Part shown: positions 10,426-20,000 of the stretch, one piece after another
How the letters are laid out: each line of letters begins with the position of its first letter
Position numbering within the stretch: the first letter of the stretch is position 1
From: Chiloscyllium plagiosum
Taxonomy: Eukaryota
Assembly: GCF_004010195.1 (NCBI RefSeq)
Contig: NC_057719.1
Coordinates: 55,136,088 to 55,156,087, forward strand
Direction of reading: 5' to 3'
Length of the DNA: 20,000 nt
Program-made: the position numbers and the translations under genes
The notes under the pieces: generated by a model
The model's database searches: none
Seen by the model: only the letters and a program-made list of their open reading frames with translations
Told to the model about the DNA's origin: nothing

Positions 10426-12139
10426 AATGACTTCTCCAGCCTCATTTTCGAACAGTACAATGTCCACTCCTGCCTCTTTCTTCCCTTTTATATATCTAAA
10501 GAAAACTCTTATAATCTTCTTTTATATTTCTAGCTAGCTGAATCTTATATTTCATCTTCTTCCCCCTTAATGCCTTTTTTTTTGTTATCCTCTGCTGGTT
10601 TTTATAAGCTTCCTAATCCTCTGGCTTCCCATGAATCTCCGTTACATTGTATGATTTTAGCTGTCCCTGAATTCCCTTGTCAGCCATGGTTGCCTTGTCC
10701 ATCTCTTCTTCCTTGGAGTGATTTTTTGCTGTGCCTCATGAATACCCCACAGAAACTCCTACCATTGCTCCTCCACCATCTTCCCCACTAGGGTACCCTT
10801 TCAATCAACACTGGCTAGCTCCTCCCTATGTCTTAGTAGTTACCTTTACTCAATTAATATTATTACATCTGATTCCAGTTGTCTTCTCCCACTCAAACAA
10901 CAGGGTGAATTCTATTATATTATGGTCACGGTCACCGAGAGGTTCCTTCACGTAAAGGTCCCTAATCAAGTCTGCCTCATTTTACATCACCAAATCCAGA
11001 ACTGCGTGCTCCTAGTGAGCTGTATGTCAAGCTACTCCTAACAAAACCTCATAGACATTTAACAAATTGCCTTTCCTGGGATTCACCACCAACCTGATTT
11101 TGCCAGTCAACCTGCATGCTGATGTTCCCATGATTATTGTAATGATGCTTCTCTTACATGCATTTTCTATCTCCTGATTTATTTTCTTCCCCACATCCTG
11201 ACTACTGCTAGGAGACCTGTACACAATTCCCATCAGGGTCACTTTACCTTTGCATTTCATGACGTCTACCCACAGATTTTGCACCTTCACTTTTGCTATC
11301 AGTTTTATTTAATTTCTCCCTAACAAGGCAACCCTGCCAGCAGACTGCCCATCTCCTTGTCATTTTGGTAGGACGTGTATCTTTGGATATTTAATTCTCA
11401 GCCTGATCCCCTTGTAGCCATGTGTCCGTGATACCCACAATATCGTACCAGCCAATTTCAATTTGTACTACAAACTCGTTTATCTTGGTTAGTATATTGT
11501 GTGCATTTAAGTACAATGCCCTCAGACCTTCATTGACTGCCTACCTTCTTATATAAGACCTCTTATCCCTGTATGTGAATCTAGATTCCTGATGCTTTCC
11601 ACATGTCTGCCCTATTACTTCTTCTGGAAGTTTTATGAACCTCTGATGAGCCCTCTCTACTTTTAGCTTTTTCCAGAATTTTTCATTCAGCTAAACACAT
11701 CTGCCCACAAACACCCCCTCACCCCCAACCCTAATGCAATGACATCAGAACGACCACTATTTTGCAAAACATCTTGCAGCTAATATCCAACTATTCCAGG
11801 AGCAGTATTTGCTAAAAATTCATACAAATTTAAATATTCAAAGCTAATGACAGTGATGATAAAGTGCAGCATTCTCGAGTGTGAGCATTTTGCGTATCCA
11901 AAATGAATAACTATTAATGTCACCACATTGGAGTTATCTACAAAAAATAAAAATCAGTTGCAAATAATAATGAAATGCAACTTGTTACATGTGCAAGCTC
12001 CTTAAAAATTGGGAAAGGCCAGGTTAGTGTGTACATTGGACAACTCAAGAGTAGAAAAATTAGGAGTAAACCACTTGACCCAGCAAAATTGCTGCACTGT
12101 CTAATAAGATGATGGCTCATCTGTTTGAGTTCTGCCACC

Positions 12140-12595
12140 GACATTCCCATTTATTCCCCATAGTCTTTGATTCCTTTACATACCTACCCTGACCTTAACA
12201 ATATTTAATGACTCCCCTTCTGCAGCCTTTGAGGCAGAAAGTTCAAAAGTCATGCAACACACTGAGAGAAAACAAATCTCTCCATCTCTCTCCTAATAGT
12301 CCAACCACTAATTTTTACACAGTGAATTTCAACTCATCCACAAGAGGAAATATCCTCTCCACATCCACTTTGTCAAGCTTGTTCAAATGTGGCTGTTCTA
12401 ACCTGTTTTACATTCAATAAGATCATGACTGATCTGGTTGTGGCTTCAGATCCAATTTTCTGTTTTCCACCCATCAGCCCTTGACTCCCTTGCTGATCAA
12501 ATTCAACAGCCAGCTTCATTGCTATATGAAGAAGAAGATTCAACAGACTGACAACACTCTGAGATAGAAACAAAATCTCCTTTTCTCTGTCTTAA
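12140..12595 (-). mobile_element. Two adjacent old CR1 3'-end fragments (about 12140-12380 and 12390-12595)
   Basis: Minus-strand ORF2 C-terminal remnant FLSQSVVSLLNLL and 3'-UTR-like sequence, present twice in diverged form. Confidence 0.6.
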
Positions 12596-12597
12596 GT

Positions 12598-13773
12598 TAC
12601 TCTGACCATTATGGGAAGGCATACCAAATGCTTTCTTCACTATCCTATGTACCTACGACTCCACTTTCAAGGAGCTATGAACCTGCCCTCCGTGGTCTCT
12701 TTGTTCAGCAGCACTCCTGCTAAGTGTGTAAATCCTGCTAAGATTTGCTTTCCCAAAATGCAGCACCTCATATTTATCTAAATTAAACTCCATCTGCCAT
12801 TTCTTAGCCCATTGGTCCATCTGATCAAGATCCTGTTGTAATCTGAGGTAACTTTCTTCGCTGTCCACGACACTCCAATTTTGGTGTCATCTGCAAACTT
12901 TATGCTCGCATCCAAATCATTTATATAAATGATGAGAAGTAATAGACCCAGCACTGATCCTTGTGGCACTCCACTGGTCACAGGCCTCCAGTCTGAAAAA
13001 TAACCCTCCACACCACCCTCTGTCTTCTGCCTTTGAGACAGTTCTATATCCAATGTTGAGTTCTCCCTGTATTCCATGAGATCTAACCTTGCTAATCAGT
13101 CTCCCATGGGGAACCTTGTCAAACACCTTACTGAGATCCATTAGATCACATCTACCACTCTGCCCTCATCAATCCTCTTTGTCACTTCTTTAAAAAACTC
13201 AATCAAGTTTGTGAGACATGATTTCCCACACATAAAGCCATGTTGACTATCCCTAATCAGTCCTTGCCTTTCCAAATACATGTACTTCCTGTCCCTCAGG
13301 ATTCCCTCCAATAACGTGCCACCACTGACGTCAGGCTCACTGGTCTATATTCCCTGGCTTGTCCTTACCACCTTTCTTAAACATTGGCAACACGTCAGCC
13401 AACCTCCAATCTTCCGGCACCTCACCTGTGACTATCGATGATACAAATATCTCAGTAAGAGGCCCAGCAATCACTTTACATGTACTTCCTGTCCCTCAGG
13501 ATTCCCTCCAATAACGTGCCACCACCAACGTCAGGCTCACTGGTCTATAATCCCTGGCTTGTCCATACCACCTTTCTTAAACATTGGCAACACTCCAATC
13601 TTCCGGCACCTCACCTGTGACTATCGATGATACAAATATCTCAGTAAGAGGCCCAGCAATCACTTCTCTAGCTTCCCACAGAGTTCTATGTCTCACCTGA
13701 TCAGGTTCTGGGGAAATATCTACTTTTATGCGTTTCAAGACAAGCAGCACTTCCTTCTCTGTAATATGGACAT
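12598..13773 (-). mobile_element. CR1 LINE RT fragment (inverted 5' part of a 5'-inverted insertion)
   Basis: [74 protein letters not shown] on the minus strand. Confidence 0.92.
13277..13665. repeat. Tandem duplication of 200 bp inside the CR1 fragment
   Basis: 13277-13476 is repeated at 13477-13665, with an 11-bp deletion and a few substitutions in the second copy. Confidence 0.95.
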
Positions 13774-14147
13774 GTTGTGGCTGTACAGGACATTGGTTAG
13801 GCCACTATTGGAATATTGCATGCAATTCTGGTCTCCTTCCTATCGGAAAGATGTTGTGAAATTGAAAGGGTTCAGAAAAGATTTACAAGGATGTTGCCAG
13901 GGTTGGAGGATTTGAGCTATAAGGAGAGGTTGAATAGGCTAGGGCTGTTTTCCTTAGAGCGTTGGAGGCTGAAGAGTGACCTTATAGAGGTGTATAAAAT
14001 CATGAGGGGCATGGATAGGATAAATATCCAAAGTCTTTTCCCTGGGGCGGGGGAGTCCAGAACTAGATGCTATTGGTTTAGGGTGAGAGAGGAAAGACAT
14101 AAAAGAGACCTACGGGGGCAACTTTTTCACACAGAGAGTGGTACATG
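13771..14147 (+). mobile_element. CR1 LINE ORF2 C-terminal fragment (sense part), truncated by the ERV insertion
   Basis: MLWLYRTLVRPLLEYCMQFWSPSY / ERVQKRFTRMLPGLEDLSYKERLNRLGLFSLERWRLKSDLIEVYKIM. Similarity stops abruptly after the FFTQRVV-like motif at about 14147. Confidence 0.92.
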
Positions 14148-15256
14148 TGCAAGCGGGCATCAGAGCCGCCCTGCTTTTGCCACGGGACTATGCCTACATC
14201 AGGAAACTATAAGAATTCATTTTGTGTTTTAAACAGCAATCGCAGCTTTAAACCCACAGAACTCAGCAGCTGCCAGTCCACCTACGTGACCGGGAGATAG
14301 GAGACAGAGGACAGATCAAATCCACACTAGACCAACACCACCCATGACTCATGGACCAAAACTCCGGAATTAATTAATATGGAAACCCATCTCTAATCAC
14401 ATCAAGAGACTGACTGAAACACACCCATACCATCGATACGGAACCACCCTGACACAAAGGACAGGCATCCACCAGACAGGAACGGACAGACCAATACACA
14501 CCAACACCCCAAGGGAACAAAGGGGGGTGCTAGCCCCTGCCCTCACAGAGAGAGACAAGCAGATAATACCTGGACCCGTTTTACATAAACCAATTAGCAC
14601 CCTATTGTGCGTGCCCTGCAACTCTCCTGGGACGGCAGGAAACAGCCTATTNNNNNNNNNNNNNNNNNNNNNNNNNNNNNNNNNNNNNNNNNNNNNNNNN
14701 NNNNNNNNNNNNNNNNNNNNNNNNNNNNNNNNNNNNNNNNNNNNNNNNNNNNNNNNNNNNNNNNNNNNNNNNNNNNNNNNNNNNNNNNNNNNNNNNNNNN
14801 NNNNNNNNNNNNNNNNNNNNNNNNNNNNNNNNNNNNNNNNNNNNNNNNNNNNNNNNNNNNNNNNNNNNNNNNNNNNNNNNNNNNNNNNNNNNNNNNNNNN
14901 NNNNNNNNNNNNNNNNNNNNNNNNNNNNNNNNNNNNNNNNNNNNNNNNNNNNNNNNNNNNNNNNNNNNNNNNNNNNNNNNNNNNNNNNNNNNNNNNNNNN
15001 NNNNNNNNNNNNNNNNNNNNNNNNNNNNNNNNNNNNNNNNNNNNNNNNNNNNNNNNAGCGCCTTCCTTGCGTACGCGGTAGAGGCTGGGAGGTCTACGCG
15101 CGCTACAAGAAGGGAAGTCCTCCAAACCAGCCCGAGACACGGGGCCTTTGGCCAACCGATGGTTATACGCTCTGCCCATTGACCTCGCGGTCCCGAGGTA
15201 TTGGCCTCTGTAGGATCAGGCGCGGTTAGGTCTGACTTCACGCCCCCCCCCTTGCA
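14148..15256 (+). repeat. Candidate 5' LTR
   Basis: Begins with TG where CR1 similarity ends. Termini TGCAAGCGGG (14148-14157) and CCCCCTTGCA (15247-15256) are inverted repeats at 9/10. TATA-like TACAAGAA at 15104. It spans the N gap, no AATAAA was seen, and no second LTR is in the window. Confidence 0.55.
14652..15056. other. Assembly gap (N run)
   Basis: About 405 N. Confidence 1.
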
Positions 15257-15542
15257 CTCGGGCCCCTGGTTCACACCCAGTGTTTGTGGGGTACACACGG
15301 CTGCTGAACGTCAGGCGGTGAGAGAGAGACTCACGGAAACCCGGGGTTGCGCACTCGGGAATCGACACGCAGTAACTATCCCCCCCCTGCCCAGGTTGAC
15401 CCGCGGGGCTAGGGTTCGACTTACAGGGAGTGGGCTCCCCGACTGGAAGATTAATAAGCCAGTGCCAGCGACATCCCTCAGCACGCCTGCTAGCTTTACT
15501 TTAAAGAAGCTTCTGTTAAGTTACACCCGCTGCGCCCCTACC

Positions 15543-16697
15543 ATGTGTGGGAGCGCGGCCGAAGACCTAGATTGGGGGCCAGAGGGTTCCCTTACCCGTT
15601 TTATAGCCGACAAGAATAAGACACTTATTAAGGCTATGCTTCGCTCAGGCTGGGAACCTGCTGACCCGCTGGATGTACAGCGCGAGTGGTGGGCCTGCCA
15701 GAAGAAAGATAGGTACGAGAAAGCTTGCGTCCTGGTGCTGCAGGCACACGTCAGGCTTGCTGGCAAGGTTCAGCTTTATGTCCAAGACAAGATACAGCAG
15801 GCCACGGAGCATCTAGAAGCCCAGGCGCTTGCTGCCCGTATGGTTTTACCGACCTTATCCGATGCACCCAGCGCCCCGCCGTCCCCCATCTGGGACTGGG
15901 AGGGGCTCACGGACAATAAGGACCCCCGGGAATCGTGCTCGGGCTATGCCCGTGCAGCCCTGATAAAAGTTGAATATACCCCCGGGGGAGGGGAGAGAGG
16001 ACGGGCCACGACCCTTGCCCATAACCCCCGCCTTAAGATGACCTACGTCTCCCTGACCCCGGGCGACACCATGAAACTTCTGGACAGACTCCCCGCCCTT
16101 AAACCCCGGCACAATAACGCGGAATTTTGGCAGAGGCTTAGGGAGATGCAGACCTGCCACAACCTTCACAATAGGGACGTGGCCGGCCTGGTTCGGACCA
16201 AACTCCCGGAGAACCTGTGGTCCAGGCTCTGGCCCGCGCACCAGACCTAGTCCTGGTTCGCTGACCTCAGCGACAACCGTCGCGAACAGGAGGTTGCCCT
16301 CGCCGACTTCAAGGCTGATGTCAGCGAGGTGCTCAGCCATTCACCAGTCAACTGGAATGCCATTGTGGGTATCACTCAGAAGCTTAGGGAGTGCGCCCAG
16401 GAATATGGGGTCCGCAAGTTTGAGGCATTCCGAGCACACAGCGGGGTTCCCGACACTGATAGGCAGAACCCCGCATTCATTCAATTATACAAAGACGGTC
16501 TGAGCCCCGCACACCAGGTAGTCCTACGGACGGGCCTGGTTCCCCATGTCACCTTTGTGGAGCTTGAGAACTGGGCCATGACCATGGACAGCCGAGCGGC
16601 GCCCGCCGTTGCAGCAGCTTCGACGGACGAACGGGATGTTTGCTTCCGCTGCAAACAGCCGGGGCACCGAAAAGCCCAATGCCCGCTCTCTTTCTGA
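15543..16697 (+). pseudogene. gag: Retroviral gag with one in-frame stop (TAG 16248-16250); the true 3' end may be 16970
   Basis: ACC-ATG at 15543. ORFs 15201-16250 and 16329-16697 are in the same frame. Capsid-like helical region (ITQKLRECAQEYGVRKFEAF, major-homology-region-like) and zinc knuckle CFRCKQPGHRKAQC at 16641-16682. Confidence 0.85.
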
Positions 16698-16730
16698 CAT
16701 CCCTGGGGCCAGAAAGGGGGCCGGCCACCC

Positions 16731-16850
16731 TCACAGCTGCACTCTTCACGCCCCCACAACCAGGAACGCCCCAGACAAGGGGTCGACAGCTCACAGCCGC
16801 ACTCTTCACGCCCCCACAACCAGTAACGCCCCAGACAAGGGGTCGACAGC
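16731..16850 (+). repeat. 60-bp frame-preserving tandem duplication at the gag-pro junction
   Basis: TCACAGC(T/C)GCACTCTTCACGCCCCCACAACCAG(G/T)AACGCCCCAGACAAGGGGTCGACAGC occurs twice, with 2 mismatches. Confidence 0.95.
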
Positions 16851-16946
16851 AACCCCGGACCCCACAAAACCCGCAGCCCAAGCCCGAAACCCACCACACC
16901 CGACTGAGATCAACTCAGTCGGGGCCAGCTGCTCAAGCTTTTACAG

Positions 16947-17330
16947 ATGCTCGCTCGACACAAAGACTGAGTCGCGTCGGCCCCTGTATCTGGGTTTCCG
17001 CATCGCTAGGGGGCCGCCGATGCAAGATTTTGATTGATACGGGGGCGTCGGTCTCCCTCACCGACCTCGACCTTCCCTCAACCCACCACTCCATTTCCAT
17101 TAAAGGAGTTGGGGAGAGCTCAGTTATTGCGCGCCGAAGCGAGGCTGTCCTCTTGGAGGTAGACAACAATTTACTCCCCGTACATTTCTGGGTTTGCCCA
17201 AACGCGGAGGGGACGATCATGGGTATCGACCTCCTGGGCGAGCTGGGGGCGGTGGTGGACGCGTTCCACCGTCGCCTCCTGTGGACATCCCGCGATCTTC
17301 ACAAGAGCTCCCACGAGGGGAAATGGGTGC
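16947..17330 (+). pseudogene. pro: Retroviral aspartic protease domain
   Basis: LIDTGAS (DTG at 17036-17044), flap IKGVG and C-terminal IMGIDLL. It lies in the -1 frame relative to gag, and a frameshift separates it from RT. Boundaries are approximate. Confidence 0.88.
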
Positions 17331-20000
17331 CCTTGCTACACTTGCACCCAGTGTGCCCATCGCCCGGGACTGGGCCAAGGACGGTGCCTTCGGAGCCGTC
17401 TGCCAACTAGTCCCAGAGGTGTGGGCCACGAGCAAGCAGGACTGCGGCCTCGTCCGCTCTCCTCCTGAGCGGATACCCGGGCCCGTACACGCCCCGCACC
17501 GACAATACCCGATTAAACCTGAGGCGCTGCGCGCCACTGAGGCAATCGTTGCCAAGCTCACCCGGCACGGCATCCTGCGCCCGACAGTGTCCACCACCAA
17601 CTCCCCTATATGGCCAGTCCGGAAGCTGGATGGCAGCTACAGGCTCACCATCGACTACACGGCACTCAATAGGGTCACCCCCAAAGAACACCCTATCGTA
17701 GCCAGCCCGACCACCATCTTCAATGGCCTTGAACCCTCACATCGGATATTTACGGACCTGGACGTGGCAAATGGCTTTTGGTCCATTCCCCTGCACCGTG
17801 ATTCACAGGACAAGTTTGCCTTCACGCTGCGGGACAGGCAGTACACATGGACCCGCCTGCCACAGGGCTTCCACAATAGCCCTAACATTTTCCACAGGGT
17901 CATGAGCCGGACCCTGGAGGGGTGCGACCTCTCCCCCTTCTCGAGCACCCTCCTACAGTATGTAGACGACCTTTGGATCGCGTCCGCGGACGCGCGCCAA
18001 CACCTGGGGGCCCTGGCCGCCATCCTGCGGACCCTCGCCCGGGCAGGGTTCAAAATAAGCCCCACGAAGGCCCAGGTCGGACTGGCTAAAGTCCGCTACC
18101 TGGGACACGACATCAGCCAGGGGAGCAAGACCTTACCCGCCGACCGCAAGTCGGCCATCGCCGACATGCCGCGGCCAGACACAGTCAGGGGAATCTGCCG
18201 CGTCTTGGGGCTTTTTAACTACTGCCGCCCCTTCATTGCACATTTCGCCACTATCGCCAAACCCATTCAGCGCCTAGTGAAGGGGGGGCAGGCCGGGAGC
18301 GGAGAGGGTGGTATGGGGACCCGAACAGGACGACGCTTACTCTAAGTTAAATTCCCATCTCCTCAGCGCCCCGGCCCTGCGCCTCCCCGACCTATCGAAG
18401 CCCTTCCACATCTTTTACGGACTCGAGGGGGGGTTTTACAGCGCTGTTGTCACCCAGACCTCAGGCGACCACATGAGACCAGTGGGTTACTACTCCACAA
18501 AGGAGTCCCCGGTCGTGAAGGGCATGCACCGCTGCGTGGCGGCGCTGGATTGCACCGAATGGGCGGTCCGGGTGTGTGAGCCGGTCACCATGTCCGGCCA
18601 GATAATTTTACACACTAGACACACGATAGTTGAACTCCTGAATACGGGCCACCACCGGACGGTCTCGGATGCCCGCAAGGCAACTTGGGAGGCGGTTCTC
18701 CTCCCCCGGGACCAATCCATTCAGATCGTTAGGGACACAGGGTCAAACCCCGCCGACGGGATGATCGCGGTGGGGGAACCCCACCATTGCCAGGCTGCCA
18801 TCGACTCGGCGGAGGGGGACTGCGTGGCCGACAGCCCGGTCCCTGATCCCGACCTGACCTTGTATGTGGACGGCTCACGCAGGCTTGTCGAGGGGTCCTA
18901 CCAACCGGGATGGGCGGTGGTCGACAATACCGGGACCACCGGGTATAGGGAACAATGGGGGGGGGCGACACCTCTGCTCAGGTCGCAGAGCTGGTCGCCC
19001 TCACCGCCACACTCCGGCTGGGAGCAGGCAAGCGGGTGAACATCTTTACCAACAGCCAGTACACTTTCGGGGTAGTCCATGATTACATGGCAGCATGGAG
19101 CCGCCGGGGCTTTATCATGGCTGGCGGTGGTCAGATTAAATACGAAAACACGGTCCGCGACCTGGTGGCAGCCGCACGCCTCCCCCTGCTCGCCACGGTG
19201 ATAAAAACCAAAGCACACCAGCGGGCCACCACCGCTGAACAGCTAGGGAATCATTGGGCCGACCTGGCCGCCAAGGCCGCCGTGGGCGCAGCGCTACTGC
19301 CCGCGCATGCAGCACCCGCTACTGAGGTCCGGGACGTCCAGAATTGCGCACAGCCCGGAGAATTGGAGGACTGGCTGGCAAAGGGCGCAGCCCGCGGCCC
19401 CGATGGGATGTGGCGGCACGGCGACAGGGTCGTGGCCCCCGCGGCTATCAGAACGACCCTGATGCAACTACACCACGAGCCAGACCACGCGGGCCGTGAC
19501 GATACACTTGCTAGGCTCCAGACTGACTGGTGGTGGCCCGTCCTCGGCCGCGACGTGGCAAAACACTGCCGCCGATGCGTTGTCTGCGCCCAGCACAACC
19601 CGGGGCGGCCCCTGCGCATCCCCCTGGCGCACCAGCCACGGCCCAAGGGGCCCTGGGAGAACCTCCAAGTTGATTTCACAGGACCCCTACCCCCAGCCGT
19701 GGCAAGATGTATTGCCTGGTGATCGTTGACCATTTCACGCGCTGGGTAGAAGCCTTCCCTACACGGGACTGTACATCCGCCATCGTGGCCAGAGTGCTGG
19801 CCTTCGACATCTTCCCGCGCTGGGGGGTCCCCCTCCAGATTGACTCAGACCAGGGCACGCACTTCACCGGACGCGCAATGAAACTGGCCTGCCGCCTCCT
19901 AGGCATCAGACAGCGCTTCCACGTCCCGTTCCATCCCCAGAGCTCCGGGATGGTCAAGCGCATGAACCGGACCCTCAAAGCGGCGATCGCGAAACAGGGC
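17330..20000 (+). pseudogene. pol: pol: RT, connection/tether, RNase H, integrase (frameshifted; runs off the window)
   Basis: RT: NSPIWPVRK..YRLTIDY, LDVANGFWSIPL, WTRLPQGFHNSP, LQYVDD (YVDD 17959-17970), YLGH. Tether: APALRLPDLSKPF..RPVGYYS. RNase H: YVDGS (D 18869), SAQVAEL, FTNSQY (D>N), GNHWAD. IN: HHCC, D 19672, D 19848, and K at the D-35-E position (19956). Frame changes near 18282-18288, 18930-18965 and 19690-19694. Confidence 0.95.

Larger units (their letters stand above)
8575..11525 (-). mobile_element. CR1-clade LINE, most of ORF2 (APE endonuclease plus RT), degenerate; hosts PLE copy D and an HE1 SINE
   Basis: Minus strand in collinear order: LRALYLNAH..GITDTWL (EN start, about 11520); LMGIVYRSPSS; VDMIYLGAQKAFDKVLHRR; KFTDDTKV (FADD motif); WAKKWQIEYNVGK; EYCKQFW..LEGVQRRFTRMI. 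Many stops, frameshifts and deletions. Confidence 0.92.
14148..20000 (+). mobile_element. Endogenous retrovirus (provirus, 3' part beyond the window); spuma/snakehead-retrovirus-related RT
   Basis: Candidate LTR, leader, gag (CCHC), then PR-RT-tether-RNase H-IN in retroviral order. There is an abrupt shift to GC/CpG-rich sequence. The 5' boundary and lineage are less certain than the element itself. Confidence 0.93.

Noticed and set aside
15267..15284. TGGTTCACACC as a tRNA-Glu PBS
   Set aside because: Needs a 2-nt gap, the match ends after about 11 nt, and it lies 10 nt from the candidate LTR end. Not fully excluded.
14397..15298. Long ORFs containing X runs
   Set aside because: Artefacts of translating through the N gap.
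15431..15448. TGGGCTCCCCGACTGGAA as a tRNA-Asp PBS
   Set aside because: Only about 9 contiguous matches, not adjacent to an LTR-like CA end, and explained by a local hairpin.
15521..19978. Many antisense and alternative-frame ORFs over gag-pol
   Set aside because: Expected shadow ORFs in GC-rich coding DNA; no recognisable motifs.

Overview
Repeat-dense eukaryotic genomic DNA with no recognisable host gene. The repeat families (HE1-type V-SINE, SacSINE1-like Deu-SINE, shark-type CR1 LINEs) point to a cartilaginous fish (inference). Positions 1-14147 are a nested patchwork: decayed PIF/Harbinger remnants, several CR1 LINE fragments (one with a twin-priming-type 5' inversion), two SINEs, one pogo/Tigger-like end, and four short Penelope-like (PLE) insertions. 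Each PLE insertion has a target-site duplication, fold-back structure and minimal hammerhead ribozyme motifs. From 14148 to the window end lies a GC/CpG-rich, apparently young endogenous retrovirus inserted into a CR1 3' end. It has a candidate 5' LTR (14148-15256, spanning an N gap), a structured leader, gag with a CCHC knuckle, and PR-RT-tether-RNase H-IN with few lesions. Its RT looks spuma/snakehead-retrovirus-related rather than gamma/beta. The most striking observation is that I find no tRNA primer-binding site after the candidate LTR end; that position is instead complementary to the predicted 5' end of the viral RNA, as in Tf1-type self-priming. All family assignments are by eye and from memory; no database searches were run.
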